64,000 nt of DNA from an uncultured Christensenellaceae bacterium (lineage in GTDB: Bacteria > Bacillota > Clostridia > Christensenellales > Borkfalkiaceae): assembly GCA_910588465.1 (NCBI GenBank), contig CAJUOP010000007.1, positions 20,462 through 84,461 of the forward strand, read 5' to 3'. Each line of letters begins with the position of its first letter. The stretch's first letter is position 1. The notes under the pieces are model-generated. The model ran no database searches, had not been told where the DNA came from, and saw nothing but the letters and a program-made list of their open reading frames with translations. Positions 36,848 to 44,769 of this stretch are shown one piece after another. A program made the position numbers and the translations under genes.

Positions 36848-37795
36848 TCATTCCCCGAGCACGGGCGGTTCCTCTCCCGCGATTTTATCGGTGGAAATAA
36901 AATATTTTACTCCGTTGTCCTCGTAATAGAACGTAAGCTGCAAGCAGAGCACAAACAAAATGCTCATGGGAAGCGTAAGCACAAACGCGCTGCCGAACGT
37001 AAATACAATGAACAACATGTTTACCGTATATATAATGAAAATGGAAATGACAAACGTTCCCAAACGCCGCCAGAAATTTTTCGCCTTAAAGCTGTAACGG
37101 AACCCCGCCGCCACCGAAAGATTGCCGCAGACAACGGAAGGGATCCAATTCGAAATAACGGCAAGCTTCAACGCCTGCAAACAGAGCACGGAAGCGATTG
37201 TCAGCGCTATCGACATAAGCACGGCGAGCAGCGCGTGAGAAAAAATCATCGTAGGCAGATAAAAACAGACGAACCAACTGAGCGCGAACATTCCCACGTC
37301 GTACACAAACGAAAGCGGAACGTAAATAATCTGATACAGCGCGGCTTTGCCGATGTTTTTGGTAAAGGAAACGTAAAATTTGGTGCGCGAAAGCGTGCGC
37401 GCACGGTCGTTGATGTTATCGGCAAACGCAAACTGCGCCAGCCCGATTGCGAACCGCCCCAAAAGATACATTACGCACACCCCGATCACCGCGCCGATGA
37501 TCGAACCGCTCTCGTTGCCAAGCAGCAGCACGAACGCTTTTATCCCCTCCGAAAAGCTCTCCGAAAAGGTCTTTAAAAATTCGGAGTCTCCCGAAATGAG
37601 CGCGCGAACAAATCCCACGAGCAGCGTTTTCAGCTCCTGCAATTCGGGGCTGTTTAAAATACTGCTTAACCCGAGCTTTAAAATAAGGTAAATAAAGCAG
37701 GCGCTCAGACTCATGATGACCAGCGAGTAAAGCAAAAGCTTGAACACGTTGGTAAAATTATCGATCGTAATGTGCACCGCGTTTCGAAATCTCAT
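36848..37795 (-). CDS. polytopic membrane protein, unknown family
   Basis: 315 aa with about 6 hydrophobic helices. It begins 1 nt after the stop of the upstream paralog. Confidence 0.5.
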   Translation of the reverse strand: MRFRNAVHITIDNFTNVFKLLLYSLVIMSLSACFIYLILKLGLSSILNSPELQELKTLLVGFVRALISGDSEFLKTFSESFSEGIKAFVLLLGNESGSIIGAVIGVCVMYLLGRFAIGLAQFAFADNINDRARTLSRTKFYVSFTKNIGKAALYQIIYVPLSFVYDVGMFALSWFVCFYLPTMIFSHALLAVLMSIALTIASVLCLQALKLAVISNWIPSVVCGNLSVAAGFRYSFKAKNFWRRLGTFVISIFIIYTVNMLFIVFTFGSAFVLTLPMSILFVLCLQLTFYYEDNGVKYFISTDKIAGEEPPVLGE

Positions 37796-37796
37796 A

Positions 37797-38618
37797 TCAA
37801 AGCTCCCTGTAACTGCGAATCAGATCTTCTCTGTCAAGTTTGTCCGTTTTAAAATACACCGTTTCCATGCGGACGCAGAATCCGGGAAACAAAAACAAAA
37901 ACAGCAAAAACGCCACGGGCAGCAGCACGTATTCGGGAAGGAATACGCTCGCCCCCACCACCGCGCAGAACACCGCAAACGAAAGCGCGAACGCCGCCAT
38001 CAGCTTCCCGCGCACCCCCGCCATCAAACGGTAGGAATAGACGAACGCATGATAGGGTTTGAAGCAAGTGATCTGCATACAGGGGATCCAAAGATAAAAC
38101 GTCGCCGCCAGAAACAGCAGCACCGCCGAAATCACGACGAACGCCAGCAGAACGAGCAAGTAACAAAGCGTAGCGGAATTCACCGCGGAAATGGAAAAAC
38201 AAACCGCAGACAGCACAACCGCCCACACCTCGTACATCAGCAGATAAAACAGCGTTACAAAGAACACGGGTCCGATCAGATTTCCGAACTGCGTGAACAC
38301 GCCCCCCAGCGTCCGCTTTCCGATGCGCATATGTTTTTCGGCAAGCGCAAAGATAAACGTTGCAAACAGCGCGACGATCACGACCCCGAGTCCGCTGTAT
38401 ATCCCCCCGAGCACCGAGTCGATGCGGATCAGGCTCAGCGCGCGAAACATCATATCGAAACGAACGCGGGGATCCCCCGAAACAAGGGTGTGCATAAAAG
38501 CGGAAATCGCTCTGTAATCGAGCGAAAGCGCCAAGAACAGCGCGGGCAGAACCGCAAACGGCATGATATACCAGAAGTTCTTGAAAATATATTTCCAATT
38601 TCCGAACATAACTTGCAT
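37797..38618 (-). CDS. polytopic membrane protein, paralog of the 36848-37795 gene
   Basis: I chose the start at MQVMFGNWKY (38618) because GGAGGG lies 8 nt upstream. It shares with its neighbour the overall topology and a C-terminal YF-x-TDK motif. Confidence 0.5.
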   Translation of the reverse strand: MQVMFGNWKYIFKNFWYIMPFAVLPALFLALSLDYRAISAFMHTLVSGDPRVRFDMMFRALSLIRIDSVLGGIYSGLGVVIVALFATFIFALAEKHMRIGKRTLGGVFTQFGNLIGPVFFVTLFYLLMYEVWAVVLSAVCFSISAVNSATLCYLLVLLAFVVISAVLLFLAATFYLWIPCMQITCFKPYHAFVYSYRLMAGVRGKLMAAFALSFAVFCAVVGASVFLPEYVLLPVAFLLFLFLFPGFCVRMETVYFKTDKLDREDLIRSYREL

Positions 38619-38755
38619 GGCGCGATCCCTCCTTATTGTATTATATACCAAAATCGCCCGCGTGTAAAGAGATTTTTTGCAACTTCGCAAGTTTCTTTTC
38701 CGTAAACGAAAAACGCGCCCCCGCCGCCATCTTGCGGCGGGGGCGCGTTCGCCCG

Positions 38756-39466
38756 CTAAACCAATTTGGAAATTTCCTTTTTCAGCCGTTCGATTATCTT
38801 TTTTTCGAGGCGGGATATGTAGCTCTGCGATATCCCCAAACGGTCGGCGACGTCCTTTTGGGTCATCTCCTCCTCTCCGCCCAGTCCGAAGCGCATAAAC
38901 ATGATTTTGCGCTCGCGCTCGGGAAGCTTCCGCAGCGCCTCCTTCAACAGATCCTTTTCCACGTTCGATTCGATTCCGCCGTAAACCGTCTCGCTGTCCG
39001 TGCCGAGAATATCCGAAAGGAGCAGCTCGTTCCCCTCGTAATCGGTGTTCAGCGGCTCGTCGAAGGAAATTTCACTCTTCAATTTCACCGTACGCCGCAA
39101 AAACATTAAAATTTCGTTTTCGATGCAGCGGGAAGCGTACGTCGCAAGCTTGATGTTTTTATCCGTGCGGAAGGAGTTGATTGCCTTGATTAGCCCGATG
39201 GTGCCGATGGAAATCAAATCGTCCTGCTCTACGCCCGTATTTTCGAACTTGTGCGAAATATAGACGACAAGGCGCAGATTATGCTCGATCAGCTTCGCCT
39301 TTACCTCCTCCGTCTCCTCGCCCTCCTCCAGCTTTCTCAGCATCTCCGCCTCTTCCTCTCCCGAAAGCGGCAGCGGAAGCGCCTCGCTCCCGCAAAGATA
39401 ATTTACCACTCCTTCGCCGCCCCGCAGCTTTCCGAGCCAGTTTTTTAACGCCGTAAAAATGTTCAT
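38756..39466 (-). CDS. sigE: sporulation sigma factor SigE (pro-sigma-E)
   Basis: [13 protein letters not shown]...[40 protein letters not shown]...[20 protein letters not shown]...[23 protein letters not shown] is nearly colinear with B. subtilis SigE, including the N-terminal pro-sequence. Confidence 0.93.
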   Translation of the reverse strand: MNIFTALKNWLGKLRGGEGVVNYLCGSEALPLPLSGEEEAEMLRKLEEGEETEEVKAKLIEHNLRLVVYISHKFENTGVEQDDLISIGTIGLIKAINSFRTDKNIKLATYASRCIENEILMFLRRTVKLKSEISFDEPLNTDYEGNELLLSDILGTDSETVYGGIESNVEKDLLKEALRKLPERERKIMFMRFGLGGEEEMTQKDVADRLGISQSYISRLEKKIIERLKKEISKLV

Positions 39467-40268
39467 TGTATTCCTCCGTCAATGCCGAATGTAATATGAT
39501 TTGAAATTCCTTCGAATGCACGTCGCCCACCGTTAAATACACGTTCCGAAAGGGATACGCCCCCTTCTCCCCGCTCATTTCCAGCGATTCGCAGACGAAC
39601 ACGGGAGAATCCCTCCCGCCGTTCACCGTGTTTACCGTCATTCGCCCCGCCTCCCGCGGGTGCGCGCCGAAGAGCGCGAACACAGCTGCGGGTGAAATGA
39701 CGCTTACGGGATTTCCGCAATAGGAAAGCAGATTTCCGCTGTCCGAGTATCCCGTCCAGCGAACGCTTCGCTCCCCGCTCGTTAAGAAACAAGGATACAG
39801 GTTGTTCTGTTCGCGCATGCGGCGAAACAGAAACTTTAAAAAACGCACCCCGCCAAAAAGAAAGAGCCCCGCCCCCGCAAGCACCAATCCGACGGGCGCA
39901 CGCTCCACCGCAAAACCCTGCCCCTCCGCGTACTCGATCCCGAAAAAGGAATACGCCGCGACAAGCAGTCCGCCCAGCGCGAACGTAAAAAAGAAAAAGG
40001 AACAAACGGCGATCAGGTAGGTTTTAAACGTGCCCTTGCGGACCGCAAGCACCGCAATCAAAATACCCCCCGCGATCTTTACCGCATACGCGCACCAAAG
40101 CGGCAAAACGAGCAGCGGAAACGCCACCGCTTCCGCCCCGCCGACCGCGGCGGCGACGCACACGTGCGGCGCGTGCGGCTTGGAGCGGGCGCAGGCGAGA
40201 GAGAGCAGCACCAACAGCAAATCGAGCAAAAAGTTTTCCGCAAACACGTATTCCCAATATACCGTCAT
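39279..40268 (-). CDS. spoIIGA: sigma-E processing peptidase SpoIIGA (the 3' end runs 188 nt into sigE)
   Basis: It has five N-terminal TM helices and the aspartic-protease motif GYSDSGNLL, and it lies directly upstream of sigE. The last ~62 aa are Arg/Gly-rich and overlap sigE out of frame. Confidence 0.8.
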   Translation of the reverse strand: MTVYWEYVFAENFLLDLLLVLLSLACARSKPHAPHVCVAAAVGGAEAVAFPLLVLPLWCAYAVKIAGGILIAVLAVRKGTFKTYLIAVCSFFFFTFALGGLLVAAYSFFGIEYAEGQGFAVERAPVGLVLAGAGLFLFGGVRFLKFLFRRMREQNNLYPCFLTSGERSVRWTGYSDSGNLLSYCGNPVSVISPAAVFALFGAHPREAGRMTVNTVNGGRDSPVFVCESLEMSGEKGAYPFRNVYLTVGDVHSKEFQIILHSALTEEYNEHFYGVKKLARKAAGRRRSGKLSLRERGASAAAFGRGRGGDAEKAGGGRGDGGGKGEADRA

Positions 40269-40289
40269 AGTCCCCTCGTTTCATTGAGT

Positions 40290-40376
40290 ATTATAACTAT
40301 TCGGACGGCGCGCAAAAACAAATATCGCGTCGAATAAAGTCGAGATTTCGTTCATTGTACTTTCCCGATTTCGTCA
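40290..40376 (-). promoter_or_regulatory. candidate Spo0A-activated spoIIG promoter
   Basis: On the gene strand, TATAAT lies at 40295-40290. 0A-box-like heptamers are TTCGACG (40334-40328, about -40/-46) and TGACGAA (40376-40370, about -87/-93). This spacing resembles the B. subtilis spoIIG promoter. Confidence 0.35.
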
Positions 40377-40512
40377 CGAAAGCTTCGCCCGCTCCGCCTG
40401 AAATGAATTTTGTAAAAAATGCAGAAATATACGGTGGAAAAGTGTCGATAAACGGGAATAATTGGCATTTCGAAAAAAAATTTTGCGCGTCGATTGCGCA
40501 AGTTTTAAAAAG

Positions 40513-40617
40513 TTATCCACATTTTTGCCAAAAATCTCCACAAAACGACAAAAAACAAATGTTCTTGTGGATAAAATCAAAAAAAGTTATCCACATTTTA
40601 AATTTTTGTGTGGATAT
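40513..40617. promoter_or_regulatory. DnaA-box cluster
   Basis: There are three perfect 9-mers: TTATCCACA at 40513-40521 and 40587-40595, and TGTGGATAA at 40566-40574. TGTGGATAT at 40609-40617 has one mismatch. A weaker ATCTCCACA lies at about 40534-40542. Confidence 0.6.
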
Positions 40618-40639
40618 TTATTTTTATCCCGAAAAACCG

Positions 40640-40668
40640 TTGACAAACGACGGAAAAAGGGCTATAAT
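40640..40668 (+). promoter_or_regulatory. sigma-A promoter of tRNA-Arg
   Basis: The sequence is TTGACA-17 nt-TATAAT, a perfect consensus about 45 nt upstream of the tRNA. Confidence 0.7.
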
Positions 40669-40711
40669 ATCAAAATGTCGAGTCTGAAAACGGCTTGCGA
40701 AAATGATTACT

Positions 40712-40788
40712 GCGCCCGTAGCTCAATTGGATAGAGCGTTGGTCTACGGAACCAAAGGCTAGGAGTTCGAGCCTCTTCGGGCGCGCCA
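40712..40788 (+). tRNA. tRNA-Arg (anticodon ACG), CCA encoded
   Basis: I folded a cloverleaf by hand. The acceptor stem is GCGCCCG/CGGGCGC and the D arm is GCTC-AATTGGATA-GAGC. The anticodon arm is TTGGT-CTACGGA-ACCAA and the T arm is AGGAG-TTCGAGC-CTCTT. Confidence 0.92.
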
Positions 40789-40796
40789 TAGACTTT

Positions 40797-40830
40797 AAGC
40801 CGTCCCCCTTGCGGGACGGCTTGTTTTTTG
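40797..40830 (+). terminator. intrinsic terminator of tRNA-Arg
   Basis: The sequence is AAGCCGTCCC-CCTTGC-GGGACGGCTT, followed by GTTTTTTG. Confidence 0.7.
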
Positions 40831-40907
40831 TCGTCCCCTTTTTATACGGGAAGCCTCCAACGAATAGGAAAACATATGCCGCAATATTAAAAACGAAAAG
40901 TATTCGC

Positions 40908-40936
40908 TTGCAATCCTTTGCGGACTGTGATATAAT
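40908..40936 (+). promoter_or_regulatory. promoter of the MFS transporter gene (extended -10)
   Basis: The sequence is TTGCAA-17 nt-(TGA)TATAAT. Confidence 0.55.
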
Positions 40937-40964
40937 GCGCCGTAGAACTTTGGGAGAACCAGCC

Positions 40965-42167
40965 GTGCCGAACTATAAACCGACTATTTCCGCTTGCTTT
41001 ATCGGCTATATTACGCAGGCGATCGTAAACAACTTTTTGCCGCTGCTGTTTTTTATGCTGCAAACGGATTATTCCATCGCCCTATCGCAGCTTACCCTGC
41101 TTATTTCCGTCAACTTCGCCATACAACTTATCGTGGACCTCCTTGCGACCAAGCTTGTCGATAAAATCGGGATGCGCCCGTGCGTGCTCTTTGCGCACGT
41201 TTGCTGCGCGCTCGGGCTTGTCGGGCTCGCGTTCCTGCCCGATCTGCTCCCCTCCGCGTTCGCGGGATTTTTGATATGCGTATGCGTCTATGCCACGGGC
41301 GGAGGGCTGATCGAAGTCGTCATCAGTCCCGTGGTGGAAGCGACCCCCTCGAAAAACAAAGAAAAGACCATGAGTCTGCTGCACTCCTTTTACTGCTGGG
41401 GACACGTGGGCGTAGTGCTGCTTTCCACCCTGTTTTTTACCGCGTTCGGCATTTCGAACTGGCGGATCCTCGCAGGAGTTTGGGCGGTCGTGCCGGCAGT
41501 CAACCTGGTGCTGTTTTCGTTTGCCCCCATCGCCTCGCTCATTCCCGAAGGCGAACGGGGCTACACGCTGAAAGAGTTGCTCGGTCAAAAGCTGTTCTGG
41601 ATGTTCTTTCTTATGATGATCTGCGCGGGCGCGAGCGAACAGGCGGTAAGCCAATGGGCGTCCGCGTTTGCCGAACAAGGCTTGCAGGTAAGCAAAACGA
41701 TCGGCGATTTGGCGGGTCCCATGGCGTTCGCGTTTTTAATGGGAGTATCCCGCCTGATTTACGGCAAATGGGGAGATAAAATCAACCTCGACCGATTCAT
41801 GATCTTCTCGTGTATTCTCTGCTCGACATGCTATCTTGTTACCGCGCTTGTTCCCAACCCCGTGGCGGGCTTGATCGGTTGCGCGCTGTGCGGCTTCTCG
41901 GTTGGGATCATGTGGCCGGGGCTGTACAGCAAGGCTTCCGCATCCTTAAAGCTGGGAGGGAACGCTATGTTCGCGTTGCTCGCCCTCGGCGGCGATCTGG
42001 GCTGTTGGTCGGGTCCCGCCCTCGCGGGGCTGGTGGCGGACGCGGCGGGCGGAGATCTGCATTACGGAATTTTGGCAGCCGTCGCTTTCCCTGTTCTGCT
42101 TTTGATATGCTTCCCCCTATGCAGGCTTGCCGCAAAACCGAAAGATATCACCCGAAAGCCGTTATAA
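40965..42167 (+). CDS. MFS transporter
   Basis: About 400 aa with 12 predicted TM helices. I chose the GTG start at 40965 because GGGAGA lies 7 nt upstream. The upstream part of the track ORF contains the promoter itself. Confidence 0.8.
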   Translation: MPNYKPTISACFIGYITQAIVNNFLPLLFFMLQTDYSIALSQLTLLISVNFAIQLIVDLLATKLVDKIGMRPCVLFAHVCCALGLVGLAFLPDLLPSAFAGFLICVCVYATGGGLIEVVISPVVEATPSKNKEKTMSLLHSFYCWGHVGVVLLSTLFFTAFGISNWRILAGVWAVVPAVNLVLFSFAPIASLIPEGERGYTLKELLGQKLFWMFFLMMICAGASEQAVSQWASAFAEQGLQVSKTIGDLAGPMAFAFLMGVSRLIYGKWGDKINLDRFMIFSCILCSTCYLVTALVPNPVAGLIGCALCGFSVGIMWPGLYSKASASLKLGGNAMFALLALGGDLGCWSGPALAGLVADAAGGDLHYGILAAVAFPVLLLICFPLCRLAAKPKDITRKPL

Positions 42168-42170
42168 AAA

Positions 42171-42193
42171 CTCCCGCGGAATTCCCGCGGGAG
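42171..42193. terminator. bidirectional terminator between convergent MFS and acetyltransferase genes
   Basis: The sequence is AAAAACTCCCGCGG-AATT-CCCGCGGGAGTTTTG. Confidence 0.7.
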
Positions 42194-42198
42194 TTTTG

Positions 42199-43191
42199 TT
42201 ATTTCTTTTTATCGAGGTATTTTTTGGCACGCTGCGGCTTCACCGTCTCCCGACAGCGCCCGATGCAGAAATCGTCCGTTTCGAGATTCTGCGTTACCGT
42301 TGTTCCCGCCGCGATATAAACTCCGTCTCCCAACCGCAGGGGCGCGATCAGATTGCTGTTGCTGCCCAAAAAACATCCGTTGCCGACGAAAGTTTTCGAT
42401 TTGGTCGTGCCGTTGTAATTCGCAAAAACCGTTCCGCAGCCCACGTTCACCCGCTCACCCAGCTCCGCGTCGCCCACGTATGCAAGGTGCGCCGCCTTGC
42501 AGCCGTCCCCGAGCACGGCGTTTTTCAGCTCTACAAAGTCGCCCACGCGGCAACCGTCGCCCACCCTGCTGCCGCCGCGCAGCAGCGCGCACGGACCGAC
42601 GGTACAGTTTTTCCCCACCTGCACGCCATCCAAAAAGCTCGCGCGGATCACGGTGTTTGCCCCCACTCTGCTGTCCGTGATTTCGCTGCCCGCGCCGATC
42701 TCCGCATTCTCTCCGATCACGCTGTTTCCCTTGATACGAGCGCCCCTGCGCACAATCGCCCCCGCGCAGATCTCCGCCGTAAAATCCACCTCCGCGCCCG
42801 CTTCCACCCAAGCACCCTTTTTACAGCAGCGCAGCGCGCTCTCCCGCATCGCCCGCTCCTTTAACGCCGCAAGATCGGAAAGCGAGAACAGTCCGCCGTC
42901 CAGCTTCTGCGAGCCCAGCCGCATCTTTCCGCCGCGGTCCACGTAGCCGCCCGCAAAGGCGAAACTCCCCGCACGCTCCTTTAAAAGCTCCGTGAACGCC
43001 GCGCGCGTTAAAAGCGGATACACGGGAAAGAACACCGCCTTATCGCCTTCGGGCAGTTCGTCCTCCGCGCATACCTCCGCGTTCAGCCGCTCGCGCATCA
43101 GCTCTAACACAGGTTTTCCCAGCAACTCCAACTCGTAACTCTTTTTTCCGCGAAACGTAAAAAAACTGCGCTTTACCAAATAAATTTTCAT
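42199..43191 (-). CDS. GlmU-like left-handed beta-helix acetyltransferase with a truncated, degenerate N-terminal domain
   Basis: The C-terminal ~200 aa are hexapeptide repeats colinear with the GlmU acetyltransferase domain (...AHLAYVGDAELGERVNVGCGTVFANYNG..K.KT.VG...FLGSNSNLIAPL). The N-terminal ~110 aa keep LLGKPVLE but lack the G-x-G-T-R-M nucleotide loop. Confidence 0.7.
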   Translation of the reverse strand: MKIYLVKRSFFTFRGKKSYELELLGKPVLELMRERLNAEVCAEDELPEGDKAVFFPVYPLLTRAAFTELLKERAGSFAFAGGYVDRGGKMRLGSQKLDGGLFSLSDLAALKERAMRESALRCCKKGAWVEAGAEVDFTAEICAGAIVRRGARIKGNSVIGENAEIGAGSEITDSRVGANTVIRASFLDGVQVGKNCTVGPCALLRGGSRVGDGCRVGDFVELKNAVLGDGCKAAHLAYVGDAELGERVNVGCGTVFANYNGTTKSKTFVGNGCFLGSNSNLIAPLRLGDGVYIAAGTTVTQNLETDDFCIGRCRETVKPQRAKKYLDKKK

Positions 43192-43212
43192 GCTTTCATG
43201 TTATGCGGCAAG

Positions 43213-43238
43213 AAAAAAACCCGTTAAAAAACGGGTTT
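43213..43238 (-). terminator. intrinsic terminator of glpK
   Basis: The minus strand reads AAACCCGTT-TTTT-AACGGGTTTTTTTCTT. Confidence 0.65.
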
Positions 43239-43289
43239 AAGATATATTATGCGTGACATAATACTATATTTCAGTCGAAATATCGCCGT

Positions 43290-44759
43290 TTATTTGCGTA
43301 AAAGCGCGCGTTCTACGGCAAAACGGTAATCTCGGTAACCCTGCTCGACGCGCGAACGGTCCTGCGCGGGCGTAAAGATTTTTTCGGATTTTCTTAAATT
43401 TATGATTTCTTTTTCGTCCGTAAGTCCCAGCGAAACCGCGCACAGCAATGCGGCACCGAGAGCGGTGCTCTCCCGCTCGCACGGACGGTTTACCGAGATC
43501 CCCAGCACGTCCGCCTGAAACTGCATTAAAAAATCGTTGGCGCAGGCTCCGCCGTCGCACTTAATTTCGCGCAGGCGTATCTTACTGTCGCGCTGCATAC
43601 AGTCGGCTAAATCGCGTGCGCCGTAGGCAATGCTTTCAAGCACCGCCCGCACGATATGCTCCTTTTTCGTGCCGCGGGTAAGTCCCGATAAAAGCCCGCG
43701 CGCCTCCCCGTTCCAGTAGGGCGCGCCCAAGCCCGAAAAGGCGGGCACAAAGCAGACCCCGCCCGTATCGGGAACGGAACGGGCAAGCTGTTCGCTCTCC
43801 GCGCTCGTCTCTAAAAGTCCCAAGCCGTCGCGCAGCCATTGCACGGAAGAGCCTGCATGAAACGCGCTCCCCTCCAGCGCGTAAACCGTTTTCTCCGCGG
43901 TGGTATAGCCGATCGTGGTAAGCAAGCCGTTTTCCGAAGAAACGCACTTTTCGCCCGTGGAAAAGAGCAAAAACAAACCCGTTCCGTAGGTGATTTTCGC
44001 GTCGCCTTCGCTCAGGCACGCCTGTCCGTAAAGCGCCGCCTGTTGGTCGCCCGCAACGCCCGCGATCGGAATTTTTACGCCGCCGAACACCGCTTCTCCC
44101 ATGCGGGAGGTGCAGGCGCGCGGCTCGGGCAGCATATCGCGCGAGACCGAAAAATAACGCAACAATTCCGCGTCGTAATCGAGCGAACGGATATCGAACA
44201 GCATCGTACGCGAAGCGTTCGTGTGATCGGTCACGAACGCCTTTCCGCCCGTCAGCTTATAAATCAGATAGGAGTCGACCGTGCCCGCACACAGCTTTCC
44301 CGCCGCTTGCAGTCGGCGCGCCGCGGGGATATGATCGAGATTCCACTTTATTTTGCTTGCGGAAAAATAGGCGTCGGGCAACAGCCCCGTGCGCTCCTTG
44401 ATCCTCTTGCACGTTTCCCCGTCGATCGCGGCGCAAAAGGCGTCCGTACGGCGGCATTGCCACACGATCGCGGGACAGACGGGCTCCCCCGTCTCCCTGT
44501 TCCACATGACCGCCGTTTCGCGCTGGTTAGTAATGCCGATCCCCGCCACGTTTTCCGCACCGACCGCATTCACGCAGTCGTTCAGCACGTAGGCGGACTT
44601 GAAATAAATTTCGTTCGCGTCCTGCTCCACCCAGCCCGGCTGCGGATAGCTTTGCCCCACCTCCTGCTGCGCGCCGCGGATAAACCGCCCCGACCGCAAA
44701 TCGAAAACGAACGCGCGGACGCTCGTCGTGCCCGCGTCCAGCGCAATCACGTACTTCAT
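43290..44759 (-). CDS. glpK: glycerol kinase
   Basis: The sequence is colinear with GlpK: ALDAGTTSVRAFVFD, GWVEQDANEIY, GITNQRET, VWQCRRT, AGVAGDQQAALYGQ and TYGTG. The ATG at 44759 follows AAGGGG. Confidence 0.92.
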   Translation of the reverse strand: MKYVIALDAGTTSVRAFVFDLRSGRFIRGAQQEVGQSYPQPGWVEQDANEIYFKSAYVLNDCVNAVGAENVAGIGITNQRETAVMWNRETGEPVCPAIVWQCRRTDAFCAAIDGETCKRIKERTGLLPDAYFSASKIKWNLDHIPAARRLQAAGKLCAGTVDSYLIYKLTGGKAFVTDHTNASRTMLFDIRSLDYDAELLRYFSVSRDMLPEPRACTSRMGEAVFGGVKIPIAGVAGDQQAALYGQACLSEGDAKITYGTGLFLLFSTGEKCVSSENGLLTTIGYTTAEKTVYALEGSAFHAGSSVQWLRDGLGLLETSAESEQLARSVPDTGGVCFVPAFSGLGAPYWNGEARGLLSGLTRGTKKEHIVRAVLESIAYGARDLADCMQRDSKIRLREIKCDGGACANDFLMQFQADVLGISVNRPCERESTALGAALLCAVSLGLTDEKEIINLRKSEKIFTPAQDRSRVEQGYRDYRFAVERALLRK

Positions 44760-44769
44760 AAACACCCCT

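Noticed and set aside
40513-40617. Interpretation of the DnaA-box cluster as the chromosomal origin oriC
   Set aside because: There is no dnaA/dnaN/rpmH nearby. I see no obvious DnaA-trio or extended AT-rich unwinding element next to the boxes, and the flanking genes do not switch strand as they would around an origin. I kept it as a non-origin DnaA-binding cluster, but GC-skew analysis is needed.
40355-40687. 110-aa plus-strand ORF spanning the spoIIGA-tRNA intergenic region
   Set aside because: It runs through the DnaA boxes and the tRNA promoter, has no SD and has a non-protein-like composition. I read the region as regulatory DNA.
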